Below, one piece after another: positions 1-9,154 of a stretch of 64,000 nt of DNA. The notes beneath the pieces are model-generated. The model was not told the origin of the DNA. It worked only from the letters and a program-made list of their open reading frames with translations, and searched no databases. The DNA is from an uncultured Candidatus Peribacteria bacterium (lineage in GTDB: Bacteria; Patescibacteriota; Gracilibacteria; UBA1369), in NCBI GenBank assembly GCA_964624115.1, contig CAZUXI010000001.1:35548-99547 (forward strand). The letters are read 5' to 3'. Within the stretch, counting starts at the first letter, position 1. Each line of letters starts with the position of its first letter. A program made the translations under genes and the position numbers.

Positions 1-747
1 AATTCCGTTCTTTTTTTCTTCCATGGAAACCCTTTCAATGTTAACTGTGTCACGCTCGATAACGACATCAAATGGCTTTTCTGAGTTTTTCCTAATAATG
101 GTAAGGGTCACTTTTGAACCCTTTGTTCCGCGAATTTTCATGATGGCATCAAAAAGTGTCAGTTCCGAGGTAAGATCACCGTCAATTTTATAAATAATAT
201 CTGCAGGTTGGAGTCCAGCTTTTTCTGCGGGTGAGTTTTTTAATGCAGATACCACGACAAGACTTTGATCGCGCACCGTTAATTCAGCACCAATGCCTTC
301 GAGTTGACCGTTGAGGTTTTGATCAAACTCTTTGGTCTCATCTGGATTCATGTAAACGGTATAGGGATCATTGAGGGCAGCTACCATTCCTTTTGTTGCA
401 CCATAGACCATGGTTTGGGTATCGAGGCTGTTTTCATCAATATAGCGATCGGCAAGGGTTGACCAAACCTTCCAAAAAATCTCGAGATTTGCTGGTGAAT
501 CTTTCTTTTTTTCAGGTGCGGAAATGAGCGAAGTCAGCGCGTCAACAGGGGAATTTTGCTGATAACCTTCTCCGAGTGTATCGAGTTTATATTGATAGTA
601 ACTGGCACTTTGCCAACCAAAAACAAATACGAGAACAAAAATAATTCCGTTTTTGAGAATTTTTCGTGATTGTTTATTTCCTTTTTTTTGACGAGTATTT
701 TTTTCGTTCTGTTGATGCAGATTGTTATAGGTCAGATCTTCGTTCAT
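1..747 (-). CDS. C-terminal processing (S41, Ctp/Prc-type) peptidase, N-terminal part; 3' end runs off the window
   Basis: Own minus-strand translation from ATG 747-745; the ORF is open at the window edge, so it is absent from the track. It reads MNEDLTYNNLHQQ..., then a TM segment IIFVLVFVFGW, then GQLEGIGAEL and a PDZ-like SPAEKAGLQPADIIYKIDG. Confidence 0.75.
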   Translation of the reverse strand, partial: MNEDLTYNNLHQQNEKNTRQKKGNKQSRKILKNGIIFVLVFVFGWQSASYYQYKLDTLGEGYQQNSPVDALTSLISAPEKKKDSPANLEIFWKVWSTLADRYIDENSLDTQTMVYGATKGMVAALNDPYTVYMNPDETKEFDQNLNGQLEGIGAELTVRDQSLVVVSALKNSPAEKAGLQPADIIYKIDGDLTSELTLFDAIMKIRGTKGSKVTLTIIRKNSEKPFDVVIERDTVNIERVSMEEKKNGI

Positions 748-757
748 AAGTTTTTGA

Positions 758-1558
758 TTAGTCGAACTCAGGAAGGTACTCCTGAACACGTTGGATTTTG
801 GTCGCGAGTCGAGTGTTTTCATCGATCTCGACAATTGTAGCATTAAAGACCGTTGGGCCTCCAGCCACTTCGTGTTTAATTGGGATTTGGGTGAGGAAAT
901 TTTCGATAATTGATTCGGTTTCAAGCCCAATGACTGAATTTGCGGGACCGGTAAAACCTACATCGGTTTGGTAGGCGGTTCCGTTTTCTAATATCCGTTC
1001 GTCCGCAGTGGGAACATGGGTATGAGTGCCGACAACAAAAGACACTTTTCCATCCAAGAAATGGCCAAATGCAACTTTTTCGGATGTAGCTTCGGCATGA
1101 AGATCTACAATAATTGCACTGATGTTTTCATTGGCAGTTTCTTTGAGAATTTTTTCAACCGCTTTAAAAGGACAATCAAGCTGAACAGGCATAAAAACAC
1201 GCCCCATGACATTTATTACCAGGACGCGCTGCATGAGACTCCCTTCAACAATTTTATATCCTTTTCCCGGTGCTGAGGTCGGATAATTGGCAGGACGAAT
1301 AAGGGGAAAATTTGGTTTGTCTAAAAATGGAATGATACTTCGATCTTTCCAAACGTGGTTCCCTGAAGTGAAAAAATCTACTCCTGCCGCCGTGAGTTCT
1401 TTGGTGTTGTCTTCCGTCACCCCTTTTCCGTGGTGCAGATTTTCTGCGTTGGCAATGACAAGGTGTATACCGAACTCTTTGCGGTATTTTCTCAATACTT
1501 TTTGTATTGTTTTGCGACCTGGTCGGCCAAAAATGTCACCAATAAAAAGAATGTTCAA
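758..1558 (-). CDS. ymdB: YmdB-type metallophosphoesterase (2',3'-cyclic-nucleotide phosphodiesterase family)
   Basis: ORF 758..1639 has motifs LNILFIGDIFGRPGR, ANAENLHHGKG, GNHVWK and VGTHTHVPT. The listed 5' end overlaps tRNA-Cys, so I start at the in-frame TTG at 1558. The start is uncertain. Confidence 0.8.
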   Translation of the reverse strand: MNILFIGDIFGRPGRKTIQKVLRKYRKEFGIHLVIANAENLHHGKGVTEDNTKELTAAGVDFFTSGNHVWKDRSIIPFLDKPNFPLIRPANYPTSAPGKGYKIVEGSLMQRVLVINVMGRVFMPVQLDCPFKAVEKILKETANENISAIIVDLHAEATSEKVAFGHFLDGKVSFVVGTHTHVPTADERILENGTAYQTDVGFTGPANSVIGLETESIIENFLTQIPIKHEVAGGPTVFNATIVEIDENTRLATKIQRVQEYLPEFD

Positions 1559-1607
1559 GGGGCTGGGATTAGAAAAAATTGATGGAGATTTTGATTGAGC
1601 AAAACAT

Positions 1608-1682
1608 TGGAGGCGGCTACCGGATTCGAACCGGTGCATAACGGTTTTGCAAACCGCTGCCTTACCACTTGGCTAAGCCGCC
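1608..1682 (-). tRNA. tRNA-Cys (GCA), CCA encoded
   Basis: Cloverleaf folded by hand: acceptor GGCGGCT/AGCCGCC, anticodon loop TTGCAAA, T arm ACCGG-TTCGAAT-CCGGT, discriminator T plus CCA. Confidence 0.9.
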
Positions 1683-1694
1683 GTTTATTTGTAC

Positions 1695-1787
1695 TGGCGG
1701 AGAGAGAGGGATTCGAACCCTCGCGGGGACATACATCCCCCTACAGGTTTAGCAAACCCGCCCCTTCAGCCTCTTGGGTATCTCTCC
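1695..1787 (-). tRNA. tRNA-Ser (GCU), long variable arm, CCA encoded
   Basis: Acceptor GGAGAGA/TCTCTCC, anticodon loop TTGCTAA, long extra arm (GGGGGATGTATGTCCCC), T loop TTCGAAT, G plus CCA. Confidence 0.9.
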
Positions 1788-1909
1788 GTAGAGTGTCGAG
1801 AAAAGAAAATGTTTTATTTCCTTTTCCAAGGCCTTCTTTCTGCTCAATCTTTTAAGGAACGAAAATGCTTTGTGATGATACTTGGTGAAGGTTGAAAAAT
1901 CAATATTCG

Positions 1910-4660
1910 CTACATTTTCTCAAAAACCGTAAGCCCGAGGAGTTTTAACCCGTTACTTAAGACGACATTGACGGCATCTACAATTTTGAGACGGCTTTCA
2001 CGGAGTTCAGGATTTGAGGTATTTAAAACGCTCACATCGTTGTAGAAGGCGTTGAAAGACTTGGAAAGTTCGAAGAGATAATTGGTGATTAAGTTTGGTT
2101 TGTAGTTTTCAATCGAGTTTTGAATCACTTCAGGGAATTTTCCGAGTTCACGCAGGAGGGTTTGTTCGGTTGGATGTGAGAATGGAGCACCTGACTCAAC
2201 TTCAGTTTCAGCTTGTATTTCTGGTTCTTCTTCTTCATCCGTGAGGCTGAAGAGTGAGGTTTGGCGGTCATTTTGATTGAAGGATTTTTTAACAGTTTTT
2301 TCCTCTTTTTCAATTGGAGTTTCTTCACTTTTTCTGAGGATACTTTTGGCGCGAGCACAGGTGTATTGAATAAATGGGCAGCTGTTTCCTTCAAAGGTAA
2401 GGATTTTATCCCAGCTAAAGGTGATATTTGTCTCACGGTTTTGAGAAAGGATGCTGTATTTTATTGCTGAAATCGCGAGGTTTCCGGAGATCTGTTCCTG
2501 CTCCTCTGGGGTCAGATCTTTACTTTTTTCGTTGAGGAGTTCGGTGGCCCGTTTATGACCTTCGTTAATAAGTTCGTCGACAAGAATAATTTCACCTTTT
2601 CGAGTACTCATTTTTCCCTCTGGCATTTGCATGCGACCAAAAATGACGTGTTTCAGTTCAGTCCTTTCGTCACTCAAATGGAAAAGTTTGGCAGTTTCAA
2701 AAAGCTGATTAAAGTGTAGCGTTTGGGCAACATCTACGACATAAATGAGTTTCATCGGATGGTAACGCTTGATCCGATCTTGGATACTTGCAAGGTCACG
2801 GGTGCTGTAAAGCGTTGTTCCATCACTTTTTTGGAGAAGATAAGGCGGATATTTTTCTTCAGGAAAACTCACTATAAGCGCATTATTTTCGCCAGTTGTA
2901 ATGATTTTTTTATCTTCGCCTTCAGCTATGAGTTGCTTCGCCTGGTTCAAATACATTTGTTCACCGAGAAATTCGTCGAAATGGACACCGAGTTTGGTGT
3001 AAAGCCTCTTGAGTTCTTTGATGCTTAATTCCCTCATCCACTCCCAAAGTTTTTGATTTTCGGAATCCCCCTCTTCGAGTTTTTTGAATTCTGCACGACC
3101 TTGTTCGTCTAAGCTTGGGTCTTTTTCTGCTTCATCATGAAATTTAACATAGAGTTTGAGAAGTTCGTTGAGCGGATCCACTTGGACCTGTTCTTGATCA
3201 CCCCAATGACGATAAGCATAGATGAGTTTCCCGAACTGAGTTCCCCAATCGCCGAGGTAGTTTAATTTTGTGACTTTATAACCACCGAAGGACATCATGT
3301 CAGCTATGCTTTGCCCAATCAATGTACTTAAGAGGTGATGAACACCAAGTGGTTTGGCGATATTTGGGGATGAATATTCAACAAGGACCGTTTGATTTTG
3401 ACCAATATTCAATCGGCCGTAATTAGCACGGTAAGAGAGAATTTGTTGGAGTTCTTGTTGTAGATATTTCAGTGAGAGAGTGCAGTTAATAAAGCCAGGA
3501 CCGGCGATTTCTGTTTTCTCAATATCAGCGGTGAGTTCAAGTTTTTTGATAACCTCAGCAGCAAAGTCTTGTGGATTTTCGTTATATTTTTTGGCCAATT
3601 TCATGGCGATATTGGTCGTGTAGTCGCCGTGTGATTGATCTTTAGGAATATCAATGATGATTTCAGATTTATTTTCAAGAAGTGGGAGTCCTTTTTCACT
3701 TAATAATGTGTTGGTCGCGTTAAAAAACTTTTCTTGAAGAATTTCAGAGGTGAGTTTTGAGCTCATGACGGGTGTTTCTGTTGGATGTTCGAGAAAAGAA
3801 GGGAGTTCTTTTTCTTTTGGTACTGTTTTGACCTTTGGGGATTTTGTCGCGGCTTTTTTGTTTCCGGACTTGGTTTCGGAATTTATTTCAGGGGCGGTGA
3901 TTGCTTCTGAAACTTGAGGTGCTGATTCGGGTGATTGAGTTGGGGTTGCAGGAATCGGTGGCTCAAATGATTCAAAGAGTTCGATCTCTTCTTCTTCAAT
4001 ATCTTCGGCTGATGGTTCGGTCATTTGTTCTTGATACTCAAGCTCACGAGTTGAGGTGTATTTGAGATCGCAGTTTTGGTGATCTGCATCGAGGAGATAG
4101 TAGTCAATTTGGCTTGATTCGAGGTATTTATCAATCACTTTCGCAACTTCATCGCTCAGTAAAATGAAGTCTTCACGTGAAAGTGAGTGGATGTTAAAGA
4201 ACCAAAAGACAACGTTTTTGGTCTCTTTGGTGGCTTCAATATCCGGGGTCTTTCGGCCTTTTTTTGGCTCGAAGAGGTCAATGGTAAAGTCCTTTTCCGT
4301 GGTATCGAGATCAGCACCAAAAAGTGGAAGGATGTTTTTAAGAGAAATATAGTTGAGGAGTGAGTAGAAGTTGTTCTTTTCTTCTACATTTTTTCCTTTG
4401 GCAATTTTTTTGAGGGTTTGATCAAGAACGTAAACTTCAAGGAGTTTTTTGTTTTTGAAATCAAAACTGTCGAGCATGGCAAAAATTTTCTCTTTTTTCA
4501 CCGGGTTGGCGAGGTCGCGTTTCCGTTCGGCTTCCGCCCCTCGCAGAAGTTGGCTAATCATGGATTTCCGGCGACTGTTTTGAATATTGTGGGCAACAAT
4601 TACGCTCACATATAAGCCGGGTAACTGTTCAAATATCTCAGGACGAAGGTGAAATTTCAT
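1910..4660 (-). CDS. argS: Arginyl-tRNA synthetase fused to an N-terminal B3/B4-like (PheT-type, COG3382-like) domain through an acidic/Pro-rich linker
   Basis: ORF 1910..4720. The ArgRS core shows SSPNIAKPLGVHHL (HIGH region), MSTRKG (KMSK-like) and a DALR-type C-terminus ending FEKM. The start is taken at ATG 4660 (MKFHLRPEIFEQLPGLYVSVIVA...). Confidence 0.85.
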   Translation of the reverse strand: MKFHLRPEIFEQLPGLYVSVIVAHNIQNSRRKSMISQLLRGAEAERKRDLANPVKKEKIFAMLDSFDFKNKKLLEVYVLDQTLKKIAKGKNVEEKNNFYSLLNYISLKNILPLFGADLDTTEKDFTIDLFEPKKGRKTPDIEATKETKNVVFWFFNIHSLSREDFILLSDEVAKVIDKYLESSQIDYYLLDADHQNCDLKYTSTRELEYQEQMTEPSAEDIEEEEIELFESFEPPIPATPTQSPESAPQVSEAITAPEINSETKSGNKKAATKSPKVKTVPKEKELPSFLEHPTETPVMSSKLTSEILQEKFFNATNTLLSEKGLPLLENKSEIIIDIPKDQSHGDYTTNIAMKLAKKYNENPQDFAAEVIKKLELTADIEKTEIAGPGFINCTLSLKYLQQELQQILSYRANYGRLNIGQNQTVLVEYSSPNIAKPLGVHHLLSTLIGQSIADMMSFGGYKVTKLNYLGDWGTQFGKLIYAYRHWGDQEQVQVDPLNELLKLYVKFHDEAEKDPSLDEQGRAEFKKLEEGDSENQKLWEWMRELSIKELKRLYTKLGVHFDEFLGEQMYLNQAKQLIAEGEDKKIITTGENNALIVSFPEEKYPPYLLQKSDGTTLYSTRDLASIQDRIKRYHPMKLIYVVDVAQTLHFNQLFETAKLFHLSDERTELKHVIFGRMQMPEGKMSTRKGEIILVDELINEGHKRATELLNEKSKDLTPEEQEQISGNLAISAIKYSILSQNRETNITFSWDKILTFEGNSCPFIQYTCARAKSILRKSEETPIEKEEKTVKKSFNQNDRQTSLFSLTDEEEEPEIQAETEVESGAPFSHPTEQTLLRELGKFPEVIQNSIENYKPNLITNYLFELSKSFNAFYNDVSVLNTSNPELRESRLKIVDAVNVVLSNGLKLLGLTVFEKM

Positions 4661-4867
4661 GGCAGTAAAAAATGATCGACTTGAAGTATATGGGATGGTT
4701 GCTAAATGAGCAAACGACACGAAACAATATGAGTAAAATTTGTCAAATGCATTTTAAGGGTTTTGGTGGCTTAGGGGTTAAAGAAAAGCCGTTTTTTTGC
4801 TATAATGACCAGATATGTTTATCAAATACATCAAAAATAAAACTTAAACACTTAAAACCACTGGCTT

Positions 4868-6436
4868 ATGCTTCGTACAAAAAAACTTCAGATTGTCCTT
4901 ACCGGTTCACTGGCTCTCCTGCTCACGACCGGGTATAGCGCTGGAATTGTTCTGGCCCAAACCACCATGATGAGTACCACCAATGAGGTGGCAGCGGCTG
5001 ACACCACTTTCCCTTCAGATGTGGAAAAAGTGAAAGCGGTTGCAAAAAATGGGGCGGTTGAACTGAGCTGGGATGTGGCAACTGACGATACTGGTGTGAC
5101 CGGCTATAAAATTTATTATGGAACCAAACCGGTCATGAATGCGGGTGATCAATACGAGTTTGGTCCTTTGGATGTCGGAAATAAGATTAAAAATGAGGTT
5201 ACCGCTTTGCAGAATGGTACCAAATACTACTTTACGGTCACTGCTTACGATGCTGCAGGAAATGAAAGTGAAAACTATAGTACTGAAGTAAGTGCTACTC
5301 CGGGCTTTGGTGCTGCTGACAAAGAAGCTCCAAAAGTTTTGAGTGCCGAAGCGGTTTATCGCGATACTCTTCGAATCGTTTTTTCTGAACCTGTCGTTTT
5401 ACCAAGTGCACCGGCGAGCAGTATTTCATTAAAAAATGATACCACTCAGGCGGTACTGGAAGTGAAAAAAGTTGAATTGGATGCAACCGATTCGACCGGA
5501 AAAACTCTTTTAGTAACTACAGCAGTTCAGCAAACAGGTACAAGTTATATCGTTACGGCGAGTAGTCAATTAAAAGATGCTGCCGGCAATCCTATTGTGA
5601 GTGGGACTTCAGATACTGCTGTATTTAAAGGGACTGATAAGGAACCTTTGCTTGCTGATGCAACCACCGATAAAACTCCGCCAGAACTTGCAGATGTTCA
5701 GGTGACTGATAAAAACACCGTGGTGGTTGAGTTCTCTGAGCCGGTTAAACTTACCGGTGATGGCTTGGGAAACTTTATTATTACTGAAGAGGAAAATATT
5801 GATAACACGTTGGATATCCAAAAAGTGGTTTTAGCTGCTGACGGTAAAAGTGTTACGCTCACCACTTCGGCTCAACAGAACATGAACTATAATTTAGTCG
5901 TTTATGAAATTGCTGATACTGCTGGAAATAAAATGAGTTTCTCTAATAACGCCACTACTTTTAAAGGAAAAACAACCGGGGGTGAAGTCACTACACAAGA
6001 GCCAGCAACTCAGGAAGATACCCAGGAGGCGACACAAGAAGAAACTCAGCAAACCCAAGAAGCTGATAAAACACCGCCTGAGGATGCAACGAAACTGATG
6101 ACAACACTTATGGAAAAAATGATGGTGGAACTCCAATGGGTTGGAAGTTTGGATAGTGCCGGCGATTTAGCCAATTATGTCCTCTATAAATCCACAGATG
6201 ATAAAAGTTTTGGTCAAGGAATGGTTTTAAGTGCGAGTGAGAATAAGTATGATTTTTCTGATCTTACTCCTGGTACCAAGTATTACTTTAAACTTACTGC
6301 CCAAGATAAAGTGGGAAATGAAAGTAAAGGTATTCTGACGAGTTTTATTCTTCCTGAAACTGGCCCTGAGCTTGGATTGTTGCTGTTTGGTTCATTGGGG
6401 CTTGGGAAGTTTATGAAACGAAAAAATAAAAAATAG
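4868..6436 (+). CDS. Secreted LPXTG-anchored surface protein with FN3 and SbsA/Big_5-like Ig domains
   Basis: Signal peptide MLRTKKLQIVLTGSLALLLTTGYSAGIVLAQ. FN3-like segments (GYKIYYG...YYFTVTAYDAAGNES; YVLYKS...YYFKLTAQDKVGNES). Two DKEAPKV/DKTPPEL ...FSEPV Ig-like modules. The C-terminus has LPETG, a hydrophobic stretch, and KRKNKK. Confidence 0.8.
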   Translation: MLRTKKLQIVLTGSLALLLTTGYSAGIVLAQTTMMSTTNEVAAADTTFPSDVEKVKAVAKNGAVELSWDVATDDTGVTGYKIYYGTKPVMNAGDQYEFGPLDVGNKIKNEVTALQNGTKYYFTVTAYDAAGNESENYSTEVSATPGFGAADKEAPKVLSAEAVYRDTLRIVFSEPVVLPSAPASSISLKNDTTQAVLEVKKVELDATDSTGKTLLVTTAVQQTGTSYIVTASSQLKDAAGNPIVSGTSDTAVFKGTDKEPLLADATTDKTPPELADVQVTDKNTVVVEFSEPVKLTGDGLGNFIITEEENIDNTLDIQKVVLAADGKSVTLTTSAQQNMNYNLVVYEIADTAGNKMSFSNNATTFKGKTTGGEVTTQEPATQEDTQEATQEETQQTQEADKTPPEDATKLMTTLMEKMMVELQWVGSLDSAGDLANYVLYKSTDDKSFGQGMVLSASENKYDFSDLTPGTKYYFKLTAQDKVGNESKGILTSFILPETGPELGLLLFGSLGLGKFMKRKNKK

Positions 6437-6482
6437 AGTTTTTTAAGAAAAAATTAAGACCTTTTTAGACTGATCGACTTCA

Positions 6483-7355
6483 ATGATTGGTATGAAAAGG
6501 TCTTTTTTGTATTTGTGGGGAGGACTTATAGTTCTTTTTCTGACTATGGGAAGTTGTGTTTTGAGTTTACCCGATATGAAATTTCACCTCTGGATGCTCA
6601 ATATTGGTCAAGGGGATGCGATTCTCATAAGAACACCTTTGAACCAATGGATTTTAGTGGATGGTGGACCGGATGAGAAGGTGGTTCAAGAGCTCTCAGA
6701 GGTGATGCCGTGGTATGAGCAGGTGATTGATGTGGTGATTTTGTCGCATCCGCATGCTGACCATGCGAATGGCTTGGTGAGCGTCCTTTCTCGTTATGAG
6801 GTGAGGAATATCGTTTGGAGTGGGATACAGAGTTCAACGAGCGGGTATGGGGAGTTGAAAAAACTGGTGAAGGTGAAAGGTGTGAAGGAGTGGATTTTTG
6901 ATGGGAAGGTGGATTATCAATTGGGAAATATTGTTTTGGATAACCTGTTTCCGTTTGATGTGGTGAAGGGGCAAAAATTTGAGAATCTCAATGATAGCTC
7001 GTTGGTTTTTGTTTTGAAATATGGAAAAGAACGGTATTTGTTTCCCGGGGATTTGGAGACGAAGGGGGAAATGGATTTGGTGGAGAGTTCTTTCGATCTT
7101 CGTGCTGATGTGCTGAAGGTTGGGCATCATGGGAGTAAAACGAGTAGTACTTTGGATTTTTTGATGAGGGTGAGGCCGAAGTTAGCGCTTATTTCTTGTG
7201 GGGTAAAAAATAAGTTTAAGCATCCGAATAGTGAGGCACTTGAGCATTTAAAACAGGCAGGAGTGAAACGGGTTCAGCGAACGGATTTGGAGGGGAGGGT
7301 GGAAGTAAATTCAAATGATCAAGCATCAACCGACCAAATAAATTTTAATATTTAA
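6483..7355 (+). CDS. ComEC/Rec2-related metallo-beta-lactamase-fold protein (single TM plus MBL domain only)
   Basis: N-terminal TM, then LNIGQGDAILI, SHPHADHANGL, FPGDLE and LKVGHHGSKTSS, which are typical of the ComEC C-terminal MBL domain. The polytopic competence domain is absent. Confidence 0.7.
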   Translation: MIGMKRSFLYLWGGLIVLFLTMGSCVLSLPDMKFHLWMLNIGQGDAILIRTPLNQWILVDGGPDEKVVQELSEVMPWYEQVIDVVILSHPHADHANGLVSVLSRYEVRNIVWSGIQSSTSGYGELKKLVKVKGVKEWIFDGKVDYQLGNIVLDNLFPFDVVKGQKFENLNDSSLVFVLKYGKERYLFPGDLETKGEMDLVESSFDLRADVLKVGHHGSKTSSTLDFLMRVRPKLALISCGVKNKFKHPNSEALEHLKQAGVKRVQRTDLEGRVEVNSNDQASTDQINFNI

Positions 7356-7370
7356 TTTCAGAATCTCTAT

Positions 7371-8651
7371 TTACTCTTCGATTCGCTTGAGGTTGGCACC
7401 GAGGGCGAGGAGTTTTTCGTCGAGGTTTTCGTAGCCGCGGTCGATGTAGCGGATGTTGGTGATTTCGGTGGTGCCATCCGCACTGAGGGCGGCGATGACC
7501 ATGGCGGCGCCGGCGCGGATGTCGCAACTGGCGATGGAGGTGCCGATGAGTTCGGTTGGGCCGTGAATGGAAGCTTGGTGTGGATTGTGGATTTCAATTT
7601 TGGTGTCCATTTTTTCGAGTTCGAAGAGGTAGTTCAGACGGCCTTCAAAAAGGGTTTCAAAGATTTTGCTGGTGCCGTTGGCAAGAGCGAGGAGGACGGC
7701 AAAAGGGGCTTGGAGATCGGTGGGGAAACCCGGGTAGACACCGGTTTTGAGCATGGGGATGGGTTTGAGTTCTGAGGCTGGGTAGATGGTGACTTCTTCG
7801 GTTTTGAGATCGTATTTGACGCCAATTTCGGTGAATTTTTGCCAGAGGGCGTCGAGTTGGTTGGTTTGGATGCCTTGGATGGTGATTTGGCCTTTGGTGG
7901 CTACGGAAGCGATGGCGAGGGTTCCCGCTTCAAGGTAATCGCCGGTGACGGTGTATTCAGTGCCTTGGAGGTTTTCGGTGCCGGTGATGGTGAGGAAGTT
8001 GGTGCCGATGCCTTCAATTGTGGCGCCCATTTTGATCAGGAGGTGGCAGAGGTCTTGGACGTGGGGTTCGCAGGCGGCGAGGCGGAGGTCGGTTGAGGTG
8101 CGGTCTGAGTTGGGAGGGATAATTGCGGCGAGCATGAGGGCGTTTTCGGTGGCGGTGACACTGAGTTCAGGGAGGATAATGAGGTTGGGTTGGAGCTGTT
8201 TTTTGCGGAGGTGAAGCTGGGTTTCTTCGTCGAGGATTTCGATTCCGAGGGCACGGAAGGCTTGGGTGTGGGCGTCAACCGGGCGTTTCCCGAGAACACA
8301 GCCGCCTGGGAAAGGGATTTTGGTTTCCTGGAAATGAGTAAGAAGCGCAGGAAGAAGCAGGATTGAAGCGCGCATACTTAAAATGGCGTCCGCAGGAATG
8401 TTGGTGTTTTGGATAGTCGAAGGGTCGATTTTGGCGGTGTTGTTGGCAAATTCGACTTTCACCTTGAGGGCGCGGAAGATATCAAAGAGGAGGCGGATGT
8501 CGGCGATGTCGGGGACGTTGTGGATTATCGACGGGGTTTTTGCGAGAAGAGTAGCGCAAAGAATGGGGAGGGCAGCGTTTTTGGAACCGCTGACTTTGAC
8601 GGTGCCGCGGAGAGGGGTTGGGCCGGTGATGAGGTATTTGGGGGTGTCCAC
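7371..8651 (-). CDS. murA: UDP-N-acetylglucosamine 1-carboxyvinyltransferase
   Basis: 426 aa with a GTG start. Motifs VKVSGSKNAALPIL and the catalytic-Cys loop FPGGCVLGKRPVD, with full-length MurA architecture. The gene is visibly more GC-rich than its neighbours, and many spurious ORFs overlap it in the track. Confidence 0.9.
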   Translation of the reverse strand: MDTPKYLITGPTPLRGTVKVSGSKNAALPILCATLLAKTPSIIHNVPDIADIRLLFDIFRALKVKVEFANNTAKIDPSTIQNTNIPADAILSMRASILLLPALLTHFQETKIPFPGGCVLGKRPVDAHTQAFRALGIEILDEETQLHLRKKQLQPNLIILPELSVTATENALMLAAIIPPNSDRTSTDLRLAACEPHVQDLCHLLIKMGATIEGIGTNFLTITGTENLQGTEYTVTGDYLEAGTLAIASVATKGQITIQGIQTNQLDALWQKFTEIGVKYDLKTEEVTIYPASELKPIPMLKTGVYPGFPTDLQAPFAVLLALANGTSKIFETLFEGRLNYLFELEKMDTKIEIHNPHQASIHGPTELIGTSIASCDIRAGAAMVIAALSADGTTEITNIRYIDRGYENLDEKLLALGANLKRIEE

Positions 8652-8700
8652 TGCGTGGGAGAATTAAGAATTGAGAATTGAGGGTTAGAATTAAGGGTGG
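8652..8700 (-). promoter_or_regulatory. G-free AATTCT-repeat leader directly upstream of the murA GTG
   Basis: The minus strand reads CCCTTAATTCTAACCCTCAATTCTCAATTCTTAATTCTCCCACGCA-GTG. It shares TTAATTCTAA and AATTCTCAATT with the leaders at 50984 and 62308. Confidence 0.4.
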
Positions 8701-8868
8701 TCGCGGGGTGCTGTTTTTTTGTGTGAGTTTTTATTATAGGTGAAGGTTGGTAAAAGGGAAGAGGTGGATTTATGGGTTTCTTAGAAATACTTTAAATTGA
8801 TGATGTATTTTTGGGTTAATTTACTTTGTGGAACAAATCGTGTATCATTTAATTGTATAATTAATTGT

Positions 8869-9144
8869 ATGAATATGTATACACATAACGATACTGTATT
8901 TGTTGGAACGAGTGAGCTCCGATCAAATGGAGGTAAGATCCTGCAAGAATTAAAAAATAAAAAAATTGTTTTAATGAATAAGGGAAAAGCTATCGCCATT
9001 ATTGAAAGTTTGGACGAGTATGAAAAAACTCAAAATAAAATTGAGGAGATTGAAGATCTTGTTTTAGGGCATATTGCCAAAGAACGAATGAAGAATGGTA
9101 AATTTATATCAAGTGATGAAATGCAGAAATTACTCTTTTCTTAA
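8869..9144 (+). CDS. Phd/YefM-family antitoxin
   Basis: The small protein VFVGTSELRSNGGKILQELKNKKIVLMNKGKAIAIIESLDEYEK sits immediately upstream of a RelE/ParE-type gene. The start is at ATG 8869 or 8875. TTAATTGTAT direct repeats lie just upstream. Confidence 0.7.
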   Translation: MNMYTHNDTVFVGTSELRSNGGKILQELKNKKIVLMNKGKAIAIIESLDEYEKTQNKIEEIEDLVLGHIAKERMKNGKFISSDEMQKLLFS

Positions 9145-9154
9145 ACGAGATGTT

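Noticed and set aside
1559-1639. 5' extension of the ymdB ORF (MHRFESGSRLQCF...)
   Set aside because: It overlaps tRNA-Cys on the same strand and has no YmdB homology. The conserved N-terminus (LNILFIGD) begins at an in-frame TTG at 1558.
7345-8681. Multiple ORFs overlapping murA on both strands
   Set aside because: They are by-products of the elevated GC content of murA. The MurA frame has unambiguous family motifs over its full length.
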